Source: an uncultured Chloroflexia bacterium
Lineage (GTDB): Bacteria; Chloroflexota; Limnocylindria; Limnocylindrales; CSP1-4
Assembly (NCBI GenBank): GCA_963776355.1
Contig: CAVZLU010000001.1
Coordinates: 5,685-69,684 of the forward strand
Reading direction: 5' to 3'
DNA length: 64,000 bases
Below the pieces are notes generated by a model, which saw only the letters and a program-made list of their open reading frames with translations, did no database searches and was not told the origin of the DNA. Numbering within the stretch: position 1 is the first letter of the stretch; each line of letters starts with the position of its first letter. The position numbers and the translations under genes were made by a program. Shown in pieces: positions 20,509 through 31,643 of this stretch.

Positions 20509-22299
20509 CTACTGACGAATGCTGGACGCGATGGCCGCATCGAGCGCAGCCAGCCCGGCGTCCACGTCGGCGCCGAGGTGGACGCGCAGGACCGGGAGGT
20601 CGTGCGCCTCGAGGGCCTCCATGTCGCCGCGGGCCTGGGCGTCGATGAGCTGCCCGAAGGTGTACGGCCTGCCGGGGACCGGGCGGTCGGCGGGGTGGTC
20701 CGCCGTGAGCTGGAGGAACCAGCCCACGGGAGCCCCGCCCTTGTGGAGCTGCCCCGTCGAGTGGAGGTAGCGCGGGCCGAAGCCGCCGGTGGTGGCCAGC
20801 CGGGTCGCGTCGCGAAGTCGGGCGCGCATCCGGTCGATCGCCTCGGCGCGGGCCGGCGTCGGGGCCACGAAGGCTCCGATCGCCAGGTAGCCGTTGGCCG
20901 GGACCCGCTCGAGGTGGCGGCGAATCTCGCCGCTGACCGAGCCGTCGCCGTCGGTGAGGCGGAGAGGCGTGTCACCGTAGAGGGCGAGCCCATCCCCGGC
21001 AGCGAGCGGCTGGTCGGCCGGAAAGGCGCCCCGGTGCTCGAGCTCCTCCAGCACGCGCTTCGTGTTCTCCTTCGACTCCGTGACGTTCGGCTCGTCGAAC
21101 GGGTTCACCGCCAGCAGGATGGCCGCGATCGCCGTGGCGACCTCCCAGCGCAGGAACTCCGCACCAAGGTCGATCGGATCCGTGAGCCCGAAGCGCAGGA
21201 CCGGGTGGCCGGCGGCAGCCAGCACGTCGAGGAGCGCGTCGGCGGAGGTGCCATCGGGGGCCGCGGCCGGCGGCTGACTTCCATCGAGGGCGATCCGCAC
21301 GAAGACGCGGTCCCTGCCGTAGGCGGCCGGCGGTCCGAGCGGCTCGCGGTCGACGGGAACGATTCCCGTGCCGGCCTTGCCGGTGCTCTCCGCGATCAGC
21401 TGCTCCAGCCACGCCCCGAGCGGGCCGATCGCCGGGTCGACGACGAAGGTGACCTTGTCGCGGCCCGCGACGGCGAGGGCGCCGAGCGTCGCCCCGAGGG
21501 CGACGCCGGGGTTCGACGCGGGGTCGCCGGCCTGGCAGCGAGCCTGCATGGCGACCGCCGAGGCCATGAAGGGATCGAGATCGACCCCGACCAGCGAGGC
21601 CGGCAGCAGGCCGACATAGCTCAGGGCAGAGTAGCGGCCGCCGACGGACTCCGGGTTGAGGAAGACGCCGTGCATGTTGTCCTGGTGGGGGATGGCCGCC
21701 AGCGACTTGCCGGGGTCGGTCACGGCCACCATGAGCTCGCCGGGCGACTCGATCCGGGCGCCGTGCGCGCGGAGGGCGTCGTGGATGCGGGCCCAGGCAT
21801 CGGCCTGGAAGGCGAGGGTCTCGGTGGTCGTTCCCGACTTGGACCCGACGATGAAGAGGGTCGCCAGCGGATCCAGGCCGTCCCACGCCAGCCGGACCGC
21901 CTCCGGATCGGTCGAGTCGAGGACGCGGAGGGACAGCCAGCCCTCGATGTCGCTGAACGCCGTCGCGATCACCTCGGGGGCAAGGCTGCTTCCGCCCATG
22001 CCGGCCACGATCGCGGCCGTGAAGCCTTCGTCGCGGGTCGTCTCGCCGAACGCCTCCAGCGCGCCGACCTGGTCGCTGAAGTCGGTCGGGAGGTCCAGCC
22101 AGCCGAGGCGATTGGCGATCTTCTCCTCCACGGCCGGGTCGGCGGACCACAGCGACGTGTCGCGCTCGTGGAGTCGCTCGGCCCAGCGCTCCCGGTCGGC
22201 GCGCGCGAGGGCGGCGGCGACCGCGGCCGCGAGCGTCGGGTCGTCGATCCGGGCGTCGATGGTGCCCGGAGCGAACGATGGAAGCGTGGTCTCGGCCAT
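20509..22299 (-). CDS. pgi: Glucose-6-phosphate isomerase (type resembling the Pgi half of Tal-Pgi fusions)
   Basis: NRLGWL, GMGGSSL, SKSGTTTET, VGGRYSALS, EQLIAESTGK, NPFDEPNVTESK, GPRYLHSTGQLHKGG. Confidence 0.9.
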   Translation of the reverse strand: MAETTLPSFAPGTIDARIDDPTLAAAVAAALARADRERWAERLHERDTSLWSADPAVEEKIANRLGWLDLPTDFSDQVGALEAFGETTRDEGFTAAIVAGMGGSSLAPEVIATAFSDIEGWLSLRVLDSTDPEAVRLAWDGLDPLATLFIVGSKSGTTTETLAFQADAWARIHDALRAHGARIESPGELMVAVTDPGKSLAAIPHQDNMHGVFLNPESVGGRYSALSYVGLLPASLVGVDLDPFMASAVAMQARCQAGDPASNPGVALGATLGALAVAGRDKVTFVVDPAIGPLGAWLEQLIAESTGKAGTGIVPVDREPLGPPAAYGRDRVFVRIALDGSQPPAAAPDGTSADALLDVLAAAGHPVLRFGLTDPIDLGAEFLRWEVATAIAAILLAVNPFDEPNVTESKENTKRVLEELEHRGAFPADQPLAAGDGLALYGDTPLRLTDGDGSVSGEIRRHLERVPANGYLAIGAFVAPTPARAEAIDRMRARLRDATRLATTGGFGPRYLHSTGQLHKGGAPVGWFLQLTADHPADRPVPGRPYTFGQLIDAQARGDMEALEAHDLPVLRVHLGADVDAGLAALDAAIASSIRQ

Positions 22300-22448
22300 G
22301 GACGTCCTCCTGCGCCGTGGAGTTTACGCGTGGGGCGGCTGGGCCGCGCCTGGCCCGCCGTGCGCGGAGCGACCACGACCGCGGACTCGCGACCGGCATG
22401 CCCGAACGGCGCCGATGACCGCGTGGCGTGGGGCGCCACGTCGTCGTC

Positions 22449-22901
22449 CTATCGCTCCTCGGCCTCGATCGCGAGGATCTTGGCCACGCGCCGGGCGTGG
22501 CGCTCCTCCCCCGAGAACGTCGCGGCGAGGAACGCCCGAGCACACTCGACCGCCGCCTCCGTGCCGATGACCCGCCCCCCGAGGCAGAGCACGTTCATGT
22601 CGTCGTGCTCGACGCCCTGGTGGGCCGAGTACGTGTCGTGGGCGATCGCCGCCCGCACGCCACGGACCTTGTTCGCGGCCACGCTGGCCCCGATCCCCGA
22701 GCCGCAGACGAGGATCCCGCGGTCGGCCTCGCCATCCCGGATCGCGATCGCGATCCGACGGGAGAAGTCCGGGTAGTCGTCGCGAGGATCGGAGCCGTCG
22801 CCGCCAAGGTCGATCAGCTCGTGGCCCGTGTCGGCCAGCCGGCCGAACAGCTCGGCCTTCAGCCCGGCTCCGCCATGGTCGGCAGCGAAGGCGACGCGCA
22901 T
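22449..22901 (-). CDS. rpiB: Ribose-5-phosphate isomerase B
   Basis: AADHGG, DDYPD, CGSGIGASVAANK, EHDDMNVLCLGGR, RHARRV. Confidence 0.95.
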   Translation of the reverse strand: MRVAFAADHGGAGLKAELFGRLADTGHELIDLGGDGSDPRDDYPDFSRRIAIAIRDGEADRGILVCGSGIGASVAANKVRGVRAAIAHDTYSAHQGVEHDDMNVLCLGGRVIGTEAAVECARAFLAATFSGEERHARRVAKILAIEAEER

Positions 22902-24976
22902 CAGCGCGTCGCTCCCGGGTGCGGTGCGGGAGGCGCGGCGACCCGCCCGTGGAAGCCCTCGCGGACGACGCGGCGTCCGACGTCCGCCACCGCGTCGGCG
23001 GTGAAGCCGAACGCCGTCAGGATCGCTCCCACGGGGGCCGAGGCACCGAAATGGTCGAGGGCGACGATCGCACCTTCGTCTCCCGCCCAGCGCTCCCAAC
23101 CGAGGGGGACACCCATCTCCACCGCGACCCGCTTCCGGGCGGCGGCCGGGAGAACCGACTCGCGATAGGCCGCCTCCTGGTCCTCGAAGGCCTCCCAGCA
23201 GGGGAGGCTGACGACACGGGTCGCGATGCCCTCGGCCTCGAGGGCCTCCGCGGCGGCCACGGCCAGCTGCACCTCGGAGCCCGTGGCGACGTAGACGAGG
23301 TCGGGCACGGCGCCGCCAGCGTCCGACGACGCCGCCCGGATGACGTAGCCGCCGCGGCGCAATCCTTCGCGCGCGCGCTCGGCCGTACCGGCCAGGACGG
23401 GAACCTTCTGGCGGGTCAGGGCCAGGGCGGTCGGCCCGGCCGTCCGCTCGAGGGCGAGGGCCCAGGCGGCCGAGGTCTCATTCGCGTCGGCGGGCCTGAC
23501 GAACCACAGGTTCGGGATCGCCCGCAGCGCCGCGTAGTGCTCGACCGGCTGGTGCGTCGGCCCGTCCTCGCCGAGGCCGACGGAATCGTGAGTCCAGACA
23601 TACGTCACGGGGAGCCTCGACAGCGCGGCCAGCCGCACGCTGCCGCGCATGTAGTCGGAGAACGTGAGGAAGGTCGCCGCATACGGCCGGAAGCCGCCGT
23701 GGCAGGCGATCCCGTTGGCGATGCCGCCCATGGCGTGCTCGCGAACGCCGAAGCGGAGGTTGCGCCCGGCGGTCTCGGGGCCGAAGTCGCCCCCACCCTT
23801 GACGTCGGTGAGGTTGCTCTCCGAGAGGTCGGCCGAGCCCCCGAACAGCTCCGGCACGACGGCCGCCAGGGCGTTGATCGTGTCGCTGCTCGCGTTGCGG
23901 GTGGCGACCTCCGCGCCGGCCTCCCAGCGGGGGAGGGCGCCGTCCCACCCGGGCGCCAGCTCGGAGTCGAAGCGTCGCTCCAGCTCGCGGGCAGCGGCCG
24001 GGAAGGCGCTCCGATAGCGCTCGAACGCCGTGTTCCAGCGGCCTGTCAGCTCCTCCCCGAACAGGATGGCCCGCGAGAAGAGCGCCGCGACGGCGTCGGG
24101 AACGTAGAACGACCTGTCCGGGTCCCAGCCATAGGCCTGCTTCGTCAGCCGGACCTCGTCCGGACCGAGCGGGGCACCATGGGCCTTCTGGCTGCCGGCC
24201 TTGGCCGGCGAGCCAAAGCCGATGACCGTGCGCACGGCGACGATCGAGGGCCGGTCGTCCGAGCGCGCCAGGCGGATCGCCGCCTCGATCGCGCCGACGT
24301 CGTTGCCGTCCTTGACCCGCAGGGTCTGCCAGCCATAGGCGCGGAAGCGCTCGAGGACGTCCTCGGAGAAGGACATTGCCGTGGGACCGTCGAGCTGGAC
24401 CTGGTTGTCGTCGTACAGCAGCAGCAGCCTCGCGAGCTTCAGGTGCCCGGCGAGGCTGGCGGCCTCGGACGCGATGCCCTCCTGCAGATCGCCGTCGGAG
24501 CAGATCGCGTACGTCCAGTGGTCGACGACGTCGTGGCCCGGCCGATTGAACTCGGCCGCCAGGCGGCGCTCCGCGATGGCCATGCCGACGGCATTGGCGA
24601 CGCCCTGGCCGAGCGGCCCCGTGGTCGCCTCGACGCCGGGGGTCAGGCCGAGCTCGGGGTGGCCCGGCGTGCGCGAGCCCCACTGGCGGAAGCGCTTCAG
24701 CTCGTCGAGGGGAAGGTCGTACCCGGTCAGGTGGAGGAGCGCGTACAGCAGCATCGAGGCGTGGCCGGCCGAGAGGACGAAGCGGTCGCGGTTCGGCCAG
24801 TCGGGGTGCGTGGGTGCGTGGCGCAGGAAGCGCGTCCAGAGCGTATAGGCCAGCGGTGCCATCCCCATGGGGGCCCCGGGGTGGCCGGAGTTCGCCTGCT
24901 GGACCCCGTCGATCGCCAGGGTCCGGATGGTGTCGATCGCCAGCTGGTCGAGCTGGTCGGGGGACAGGGTCGTCAT
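22901..24976 (-). CDS. tkt: Transketolase
   Basis: [57 protein letters not shown]. Confidence 0.97.
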   Translation of the reverse strand: MTTLSPDQLDQLAIDTIRTLAIDGVQQANSGHPGAPMGMAPLAYTLWTRFLRHAPTHPDWPNRDRFVLSAGHASMLLYALLHLTGYDLPLDELKRFRQWGSRTPGHPELGLTPGVEATTGPLGQGVANAVGMAIAERRLAAEFNRPGHDVVDHWTYAICSDGDLQEGIASEAASLAGHLKLARLLLLYDDNQVQLDGPTAMSFSEDVLERFRAYGWQTLRVKDGNDVGAIEAAIRLARSDDRPSIVAVRTVIGFGSPAKAGSQKAHGAPLGPDEVRLTKQAYGWDPDRSFYVPDAVAALFSRAILFGEELTGRWNTAFERYRSAFPAAARELERRFDSELAPGWDGALPRWEAGAEVATRNASSDTINALAAVVPELFGGSADLSESNLTDVKGGGDFGPETAGRNLRFGVREHAMGGIANGIACHGGFRPYAATFLTFSDYMRGSVRLAALSRLPVTYVWTHDSVGLGEDGPTHQPVEHYAALRAIPNLWFVRPADANETSAAWALALERTAGPTALALTRQKVPVLAGTAERAREGLRRGGYVIRAASSDAGGAVPDLVYVATGSEVQLAVAAAEALEAEGIATRVVSLPCWEAFEDQEAAYRESVLPAAARKRVAVEMGVPLGWERWAGDEGAIVALDHFGASAPVGAILTAFGFTADAVADVGRRVVREGFHGRVAAPPAPHPGATR

Positions 24977-25152
24977 CGCGGCGGGCTCCCGTACGGGGCT
25001 GTGGAGGAGTGGCGACATTGTAGGCAGGGAGATGGGGCGGGACAGCGGGCGAGCGGGCCGGCCCGCGACCCGGCCCGGCGGGCGACCCGGCCCGGCAGGC
25101 GACCAACGGTCGTGGTCCGGCGCTCCCGCCGGCCCGGCGTATCCTCGGCTTC

Positions 25153-26112
25153 ATGCCGCTCCCCCTCGCGTCCCGGCGCCCCCGTCCTCTTCGCCGCTCG
25201 ACCCGGGCCGTGGTGCTCGGGGATCTCGCCCTCGACGTGGTGCTCGCGCCGGCGCGGCCGCTGGAGCACGGCACCGACGTCCCGGGCCGCGTGCGCCTCC
25301 ACCAGGGCGGCTCGGCCGCGAGCACGGCCCGCTGGCTGGCACGCCTGGGGGTCCGCAGCACGCTGGTCTGCGCGGTGGGGCGGGACGGGCCCGGCCGCGC
25401 GCTCGTGGCGGCGCTTCGAGCGGATGGCGTGGCCGTCCGCGCGGCCCGGCCGACGGGTGCGCCAACGGCACGTATCGGGATGCTGGTCGACGCCAGCGGC
25501 GAACGGAGCTTCGTCGCCGATCGCGGGGCGGCGGACCTCCTCGACGCCGTCGACCTTCGGGCCGCCTGGTTCCGGGGGGCCGGCGTCCTCCACCTGCCCG
25601 CGTACTCGCTGCTTCGCGATCCGCTGGCGACCGCCGCCGGCCGGGCGGCCGGCTTCGCCCGCGACCGGGGCGCATCCGTCTCGGTCGACCTGGCCTCGGC
25701 CGGTCCGCTCCTCTCGGGGGGACGGCGCGCCGCCCGGGAGGCGATCGCGACCATCGCGGCCGACATCCTGTTCACGAACGCGGCGGAAGCGGCTGCCTTC
25801 CTGGGCGACGGAGACGTCGCGGCGCTCCTGCGGTTCGCTCCGGTTGCCATCGTCAAGCGCGGCGCCGGCGGTGCGACCGTGCTTGCCCGGTCGGCCGCGG
25901 GGCCGACCATCCGGCTCGAGGTCGCAACCCGGCCGGTCGCGGCCGCCGACACGACCGGCGCCGGCGACGCGTTCGACGCCGGGTTCCTGGCCGAGTGGCT
26001 CGCGCGGGACCGGGCGACGGCGCCCGCGACCCTCCGACGCGCCGTCGTGGCCGGCAACCGGACCGCGGCCCGCCAGATCGCGGTGCCGCGCCCGGAGCTG
26101 GCCCTGGGATAG
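25153..26112 (+). CDS. PfkB-family kinase, probable pseudouridine kinase
   Basis: GGSAASTARWLARLG, DTTGAGDAF; adjacent to psuG. Confidence 0.85.
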   Translation: MPLPLASRRPRPLRRSTRAVVLGDLALDVVLAPARPLEHGTDVPGRVRLHQGGSAASTARWLARLGVRSTLVCAVGRDGPGRALVAALRADGVAVRAARPTGAPTARIGMLVDASGERSFVADRGAADLLDAVDLRAAWFRGAGVLHLPAYSLLRDPLATAAGRAAGFARDRGASVSVDLASAGPLLSGGRRAAREAIATIAADILFTNAAEAAAFLGDGDVAALLRFAPVAIVKRGAGGATVLARSAAGPTIRLEVATRPVAAADTTGAGDAFDAGFLAEWLARDRATAPATLRRAVVAGNRTAARQIAVPRPELALG

Positions 26113-26163
26113 GGGCGGCGCCGGCCCGCCCCTCGCTCGACCCGCCGCGCTACGCTGACCGAC

Positions 26164-27135
26164 GTGCTCGACCACGCCCCCCGCGACGCCCTCCGCTCCC
26201 GCCTCGACGTGGCGCCCGAGGTCGCCGCTGCCCTCTCGGCGGGGCGCCCGGTGGTCGCCCTGGAGTCGACCCTCATCAGCCACGGCCTCCCCTTCCCCCG
26301 GAACATCGAGGTCGCGACCGCCTCCGAAGCCGCGGTCCGCGCGTCCGGCGCTGTTCCTGCGACCGTGGCGGTGCACGAGGGGCGGATTCGCGTCGGCCTG
26401 GACGCGGCCGCGCTGCGCACGCTGGCGACGACCGATGGCGTGCGCAAGGTCGCTCGTCCCACCCTGGCCGGAGCCCTCGAGGCGGGCGGGTGGGGAGCGA
26501 CCACCGTCTCGGCGACGATGATCGCAGCGCACGCCGCGGGCATCGGAGTCCTCGCGACCGGCGGGATCGGGGGCGTGCACCCTGGTGCCTTCGAGCCGTC
26601 CACGGGCCCCGACAACCGCCTTCGGCCGCCGAGCCTGGACGTGTCGGTCGACCTCGAGGAGCTGGCCCGCACGCCGGTGGCCGTTGTGTGCGCCGGGCCG
26701 AAGGCGATCCTCGACGTGTCCGCGACCCTCGAGGTGCTCGAGTCCCGGGGGGTGCCGGTGGTCGTCATCGGCTCGGACGAGCTTCCCGGCTTCTTCTCCC
26801 GCCGGTCCGGAATCGCCGCGCCACAGGCCGTCCCGGACGAGGCCGCCCTGGCCGCGCTCGTGGCCTCCCACCTCGCGCTGGTCGGGAGCGGCGTCCTCGT
26901 GTGCGTGCCGGTTCCCGAGGCCGACGAGCTGCCGCGCCCGGAGGCGCTGGCGGCGATCGCCCGGGCCACGGCCGAGGCGGAGGCCGCGGGCATCCACGGG
27001 CCGGCCCTCACGCCATGGGTCCTCCGGCGGGTTGCGGACCTGACCGACGGCAGGTCCGTTCGGGCCAACACCTCCCTCATCATCCATGACGCCGGGGTCG
27101 CCGGGCGTCTTGCCGCCGCCCTGGCGCGCACCTGA
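26164..27135 (+). CDS. psuG: Pseudouridine-5'-phosphate glycosidase
   Basis: VVALESTLISHGLPFPRN, ATTVSATM, ATGGIGGVH, DVSVDLEEL, CAGPKAILD, TPWVL. Confidence 0.93.
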   Translation: MLDHAPRDALRSRLDVAPEVAAALSAGRPVVALESTLISHGLPFPRNIEVATASEAAVRASGAVPATVAVHEGRIRVGLDAAALRTLATTDGVRKVARPTLAGALEAGGWGATTVSATMIAAHAAGIGVLATGGIGGVHPGAFEPSTGPDNRLRPPSLDVSVDLEELARTPVAVVCAGPKAILDVSATLEVLESRGVPVVVIGSDELPGFFSRRSGIAAPQAVPDEAALAALVASHLALVGSGVLVCVPVPEADELPRPEALAAIARATAEAEAAGIHGPALTPWVLRRVADLTDGRSVRANTSLIIHDAGVAGRLAAALART

Positions 27136-27175
27136 CCATTCGGCCCGTGGCCGCCCACGCGCGGAGGTCCTCGAC

Positions 27176-28081
27176 GTGCTCGCACCGCCACGCCTCGTCG
27201 CCGTCGCCGCGGCAGCCCTCCTCCTGGTCCCGACGCTTGCCGCCTGCGCGGCGGATGGGCCGTTCGTCGTCAAGGAGACGACCACCCAGACCCTCGAGCA
27301 GCCGGTGCCCCCGGCGGCCGGTGACCTCAAGATCCGCGTCGAGATGTTCAACGGGCCTATCGAGGTCCGCGCCGGCGCGGCCGGCACGATCCACGCGGTC
27401 GTGGAGACCACCGGGGCCGGCGGCTCGAAGGCCGAGGCCCGGGCGGATGCCGCCAGGATCCTGGTGACGCTCGACGTCAACCCCGACGGCACCGCGCTCC
27501 TGCGGGCGACGTACCAGCCGAACCCGGGGTCGCCGAACAACCGCTCCGCGAGCGCGATCGTCGACGTCCCGGCGGGCGCGGCCCTGGACCTGAAGACCTC
27601 CAATGGCCCGGTCACCACGGCCGGCATCACGGGGGCGATCGCCGTCGAGACCTCGAACGGGGCAGTGACGCTCGCGGGCAGCCCGGCGGGGGCGACCGTG
27701 CGGACGTCCAATGCGCTGGTGGAGGTCGAGGGCAGCGGAACCCTCGACCTCGAGACGTCGAACGCCCGGATCTCCGTTCGGGGCACGGGCGCCACCCTCC
27801 GCGCCGCGACGTCCAACGGCGACATCTCGTTCGAGGGGACCTTCTCGACGGCAGACCAGGACCTGGAGACGTCCAACAACGCGATCACGGTGCGCCTGCC
27901 GGGCGACGCGGCATTCGCGCTCGACGCCCAGACCTCGAACGGCCGCGTGGTCCTCGACGGGTTCTCGATCCGCACGACCGGAGCCGCCAGCGGTGCATCC
28001 CTGCAGGGAACGGTGGGGTCGGGCGGGCCGTCGGTCACCCTGCGGACGACCAATGCCGCGATCGTCATCAGCGCCCAGTAG
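27176..28081 (+). CDS. DUF4097-like beta-repeat (putative adhesin) lipoprotein
   Basis: Lipobox LAAC; about eight repeated (E/A/K/Q/R)TSN(G/A/N) units; start approximate. Confidence 0.75.
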   Translation: MLAPPRLVAVAAAALLLVPTLAACAADGPFVVKETTTQTLEQPVPPAAGDLKIRVEMFNGPIEVRAGAAGTIHAVVETTGAGGSKAEARADAARILVTLDVNPDGTALLRATYQPNPGSPNNRSASAIVDVPAGAALDLKTSNGPVTTAGITGAIAVETSNGAVTLAGSPAGATVRTSNALVEVEGSGTLDLETSNARISVRGTGATLRAATSNGDISFEGTFSTADQDLETSNNAITVRLPGDAAFALDAQTSNGRVVLDGFSIRTTGAASGASLQGTVGSGGPSVTLRTTNAAIVISAQ

Positions 28082-28176
28082 GGGACAGGTTCGCCGGCGA
28101 CGTCGCGGGGCCGCGTAGTACCCTCGATGCTCCCCGCCCGGCCCCGTCGCGAGCCCGGCGGCCAGCACGGAGCGCC

Positions 28177-29217
28177 ATGCCCACCGCCAGCCCCGGCGCT
28201 GCCATCGAGGCGCACGCCCTGCGCCGCACCTACAAGGCCAAGCCGGCGATCGTCACCGCGCTCGACGGCGTCGACCTGGAGGTGCCGGCCGGCGAGTTCT
28301 TCGGCCTCCTCGGCCCGAACGGCGCCGGCAAGACGACGCTCATCAAGATCCTGACGACCCTGCTCCTGCCGACGTCCGGCACGGCCCGCGTCGCCGGCTT
28401 CGACGTGGTGACGGAGACCGCGCGGATCCGCCGGGTCATGAACATGGTCTCGGGCGGGGAGCAGTCCGGCTACGGGATCCTGACGGTCCGCGAGCAGCTC
28501 TGGATGTTCAGCCAGTTCTATGGCCTCGGGACGCGCGAGGGCTGGCGCCGCACGGATGAGCTGATCGACCTCGTCGGCCTCGGGGAGCAGCGGCTGCAAC
28601 GCGTGAGCGCCCTCTCCACGGGCCAGCGGCAGAAGCTGAACCTCGCCCGCGGCCTCGTCAACGACCCGTGGATCCTGTTCCTCGACGAGCCGACGCTGGG
28701 GCTCGACGTGGCCGCGGCGCGGGACGCGCGGGACCACTTCCGGGGCTGGAAGGCTGCCGTAGCGGGGCGGACCGCCCTGCTCACGACGCATTACATGGCC
28801 GAGGCGGACGAGCTCTGCGATCGGGTGGCGATCGTGGATCGGGGTCGGATCCTGGCCCTCGGCACGCCGGCGGAGCTGAAGCGTCGCGTGCAGCAGGAGT
28901 CGATCTTCCGGATCGAGGTGGACCACCTGCCCGGTGGGGCGGCGACTCTCGGCCGCTTGCCCGGAGTCCTCTCGGCGACTCTCGCCGGGTCGGGCGGGGA
29001 CGCGACCGTGGGCACCGAGACGGTGAGCCTGGTCCTCGCCGACGACGGGGCGATCGCCGCCGTCGTGGCCGAGCTGGCGGCGATCGGGGCGCAGCTGCGG
29101 GGCCTGGCCAAGTCGGAGCCGACGCTCGAGGACGTCTTCGTCGAGCTCGTAGGGCGTGGCCTGGACGAGGTGGACAAGCCGGCCGACGCGGTCGGCGCGT
29201 CCGGCAGGCCCGGATGA
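28177..29217 (+). CDS. ABC-2 exporter ATP-binding protein
   Basis: GPNGAGKTT, LSTGQRQK, LFLDEPTLGLD, TTHYMAEA, EPTLEDVF. Confidence 0.93.
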   Translation: MPTASPGAAIEAHALRRTYKAKPAIVTALDGVDLEVPAGEFFGLLGPNGAGKTTLIKILTTLLLPTSGTARVAGFDVVTETARIRRVMNMVSGGEQSGYGILTVREQLWMFSQFYGLGTREGWRRTDELIDLVGLGEQRLQRVSALSTGQRQKLNLARGLVNDPWILFLDEPTLGLDVAAARDARDHFRGWKAAVAGRTALLTTHYMAEADELCDRVAIVDRGRILALGTPAELKRRVQQESIFRIEVDHLPGGAATLGRLPGVLSATLAGSGGDATVGTETVSLVLADDGAIAAVVAELAAIGAQLRGLAKSEPTLEDVFVELVGRGLDEVDKPADAVGASGRPG

Positions 29218-30158
29218 GCGGCCCCGGCCGCGACGCCGCGCCGCGCGTCGCCGGCACCCCCGCCGGCGTCGGCGGGCACCGGCCCCGCCCCTACGCCCAC
29301 GACCCGGCCGCCGGACCGCGGGAAGCCGCGGACTGGAGCCGGCGAAGGGTCGCCGCGACGAACCTCCGGGCGGTGAGCGGCCGGGCCTACCCGCGCGTGC
29401 GGGGGAGTGTGCGCGAGAAGTCGTGGGTCATCTTCGAGATCGGCCTGCCGTTCCTCTCGACATGCGCCTTCGTCCTCGTCTACCGGGCTCTCGCGGCGCC
29501 CGAGGCGTACATCGGCTTCGCGGTGGTGGGCGGGGCGATGGCGGCGTTCTGGCTCAACATCCTGTGGGCCATGGGCGCCCAGCTCTACTGGGACCGCGGC
29601 GAGGGCAACCTGGAGATCTACTTCACGGCCCCCATCAGCCTGATGAGCATCCTCGTGGGCATGGCGGTCGGGGGGCTCTACATGACAGCGTCCCGGGCGC
29701 TGGTGATCATCGCGGCCGGGTCGATCCTGTTCGACGTCCAGTACGCGATCACCGAGTGGGCGTTGCTGATCACCGTGTTCATGCTGACGATGGTCGCCCT
29801 CTACGGGCTGGGCATGCTGATGGCGAGCCTCTTCCTGTTCTGGGGTCGCGAGGCCACGCACCTGGCGAACCTGTTCCAGGAGCCGGTCTACTTCATGGGC
29901 GGCCTGTACGCCCCCGTGAAGGTGCTGGGCTCGCTGGCCTTCCTGGCGATGGGGCTCCTGCCCCTCGCGGTCGGCCTCGACGCCATCCGCCAGCTGACGT
30001 TCACGCAGGCCGGCGACATCGGCGTCCTGCCGCCGACCACCGAGGCCCTGATCCTCGTCGTCATGGCCGTCGTGTACCTCCTGCTCGCGCGGCTCGCCCT
30101 GTCGCACCTGGAGCGTCGCGCCCGCGCCGAGGGCCGGCTCGTGGCCCGCTGGCAGTAG
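29214..30158 (+). CDS. ABC-2 permease
   Basis: ATGA overlap; six hydrophobic segments; DRGEGNLEIYFTAP. Confidence 0.85.
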   Translation: MSGPGRDAAPRVAGTPAGVGGHRPRPYAHDPAAGPREAADWSRRRVAATNLRAVSGRAYPRVRGSVREKSWVIFEIGLPFLSTCAFVLVYRALAAPEAYIGFAVVGGAMAAFWLNILWAMGAQLYWDRGEGNLEIYFTAPISLMSILVGMAVGGLYMTASRALVIIAAGSILFDVQYAITEWALLITVFMLTMVALYGLGMLMASLFLFWGREATHLANLFQEPVYFMGGLYAPVKVLGSLAFLAMGLLPLAVGLDAIRQLTFTQAGDIGVLPPTTEALILVVMAVVYLLLARLALSHLERRARAEGRLVARWQ

Positions 30159-30168
30159 GGCGGCCGCC

Positions 30169-31080
30169 ATGAACACCCGCGTCGTCGACCGCCACGGCCA
30201 CCACCCCGGGATGCCCGACGGCACGACCGGCACCCGGCCCGCGTCCGGCGTCCGGCGTTCCTTTGTCACGGGGGTGCGGCTGGGCTGGCAGATCGAGTCG
30301 AACTGGACCGACCCGTACCTGTTCGCGATCTACTCGCTGGCCCGGCCCCTCGGCGCGGCGCTCGTGCTCGTCGCGATCGTCTGGCTCGTGGCGGGCGGCG
30401 GGCGCCAGGACTACCTGGGGTTCCTCGTCGTGGGCAGCGCCTGCTGGACGTTCGTCGGTGGCGGCCTGTCCGGCTTCACCTTCGCGATCCTCGACGACCG
30501 CGAGCGCTACCGGATGCTCAAATACGTCTTTGTGAGCGCCGTGCGCCTCCTCCCGTTCCTGGTCGGGCGTGCCTCGGCCCAGCTCATCGCCGCCGCGGCC
30601 GGGTTCGTCGTCACCCTGCTCGTCGGCGTCCTCTTCCTGGGCGTGCAGATCTCGCTCGCGGCCATCAACTGGCCCCTCTTCGTGGTCTGCATGGCCATTG
30701 GGCTCGCGGCCGTGGTGGCCCTCGGGCTGGCGGTGGCCGGGCTCTGCCTGACCATCCGGCGCGAGGCCTGGAGCTACCCGGAGGCGATTGCCGGCGGCCT
30801 CTACCTTCTCTCGGGGGCGATCTTCCCGCCCGACGTCCTTCCTCCCTTCCTCCAACCCGTGGCGCTCATCCTCCCGACGACGTGGTGGCTCGAGGGCGTG
30901 CGCCGCGCGCTCCTCGGCGTCGCGACGCCCGAGTTGCTGGCGAGTTTCAGCGACACATTCGTCGTGCTCGCCTTGTGTGCGTCCACGGCCGTGCTTACAC
31001 TCGGGAGCTGGGCGGTCTTTCGCACCTTCGAGCGCGTTGCCCGCGAACGCGGGCTGATCGACCAGACGACCGGCAGCTGA
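30169..31080 (+). CDS. ABC-2 permease
   Basis: Hydrophobic; LLSGAIFPPDVLP, PTTWWLEGVRRALLG. Confidence 0.85.
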   Translation: MNTRVVDRHGHHPGMPDGTTGTRPASGVRRSFVTGVRLGWQIESNWTDPYLFAIYSLARPLGAALVLVAIVWLVAGGGRQDYLGFLVVGSACWTFVGGGLSGFTFAILDDRERYRMLKYVFVSAVRLLPFLVGRASAQLIAAAAGFVVTLLVGVLFLGVQISLAAINWPLFVVCMAIGLAAVVALGLAVAGLCLTIRREAWSYPEAIAGGLYLLSGAIFPPDVLPPFLQPVALILPTTWWLEGVRRALLGVATPELLASFSDTFVVLALCASTAVLTLGSWAVFRTFERVARERGLIDQTTGS

Positions 31081-31120
31081 AGCCGGGCAACGTCCCGCGG
31101 GGCGGGGCCGGGGAGGCGAG

Positions 31121-31618
31121 ATGCGGATCTACGAGGGGAGCCCGCGGCAGGACTTCGAGGAGGTCCTGCGCTCGATCGGGGCGTTCCTCGACCAGCGGGG
31201 CATGAAGGACGTCCTCCTCCTCGAGGTTCCCGACGGCTTCATCGTCCAGGGGCTGGTCATGGAGGGCGGCACCACCGGGACCTGGTCCGAGGCGGTGGGC
31301 CACCAGGTCAAGGAGACCCTCACGTTCGTGGACGACGACATCGCGCGGTTCATGGACGAGGCCCTGGCGCGCCGCGGCGGGGAGGCGGCCGAGCCCACCG
31401 ACTGGTCGAAGGCGGGCTACTATGAGAAGTCGTTCCGCGTTCTCGGGCGCTGGATCGACGGTGAGCGCCCGCACGATGTCTTCTTCTTCGAGCAGGGCGG
31501 TGCCTTCGTGGTCCGCCTGCAGATGGTCACCGCGGCCGGGGCCCACCATGCGCTGGCCGAGTTCACCCGCGAGGACATCGAAGGATTGGTCACGAGCGCG
31601 CCGCAGCTCCGGCAGTAG
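31121..31618 (+). CDS. Hypothetical protein with internal duplication
   Basis: GGAGG RBS, high GC3; two similar halves. Confidence 0.75.
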   Translation: MRIYEGSPRQDFEEVLRSIGAFLDQRGMKDVLLLEVPDGFIVQGLVMEGGTTGTWSEAVGHQVKETLTFVDDDIARFMDEALARRGGEAAEPTDWSKAGYYEKSFRVLGRWIDGERPHDVFFFEQGGAFVVRLQMVTAAGAHHALAEFTREDIEGLVTSAPQLRQ

Positions 31619-31643
31619 GCGCCACGCAGAAGGAGGCAGGCTG

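Noticed and set aside
20095-28926. Very long ORFs (893-1317 aa) overlapping tkt, pgi and psuG
   Set aside because: Antisense or off-frame shadows in very GC-rich DNA; Arg/Pro/Gly-rich with no motifs
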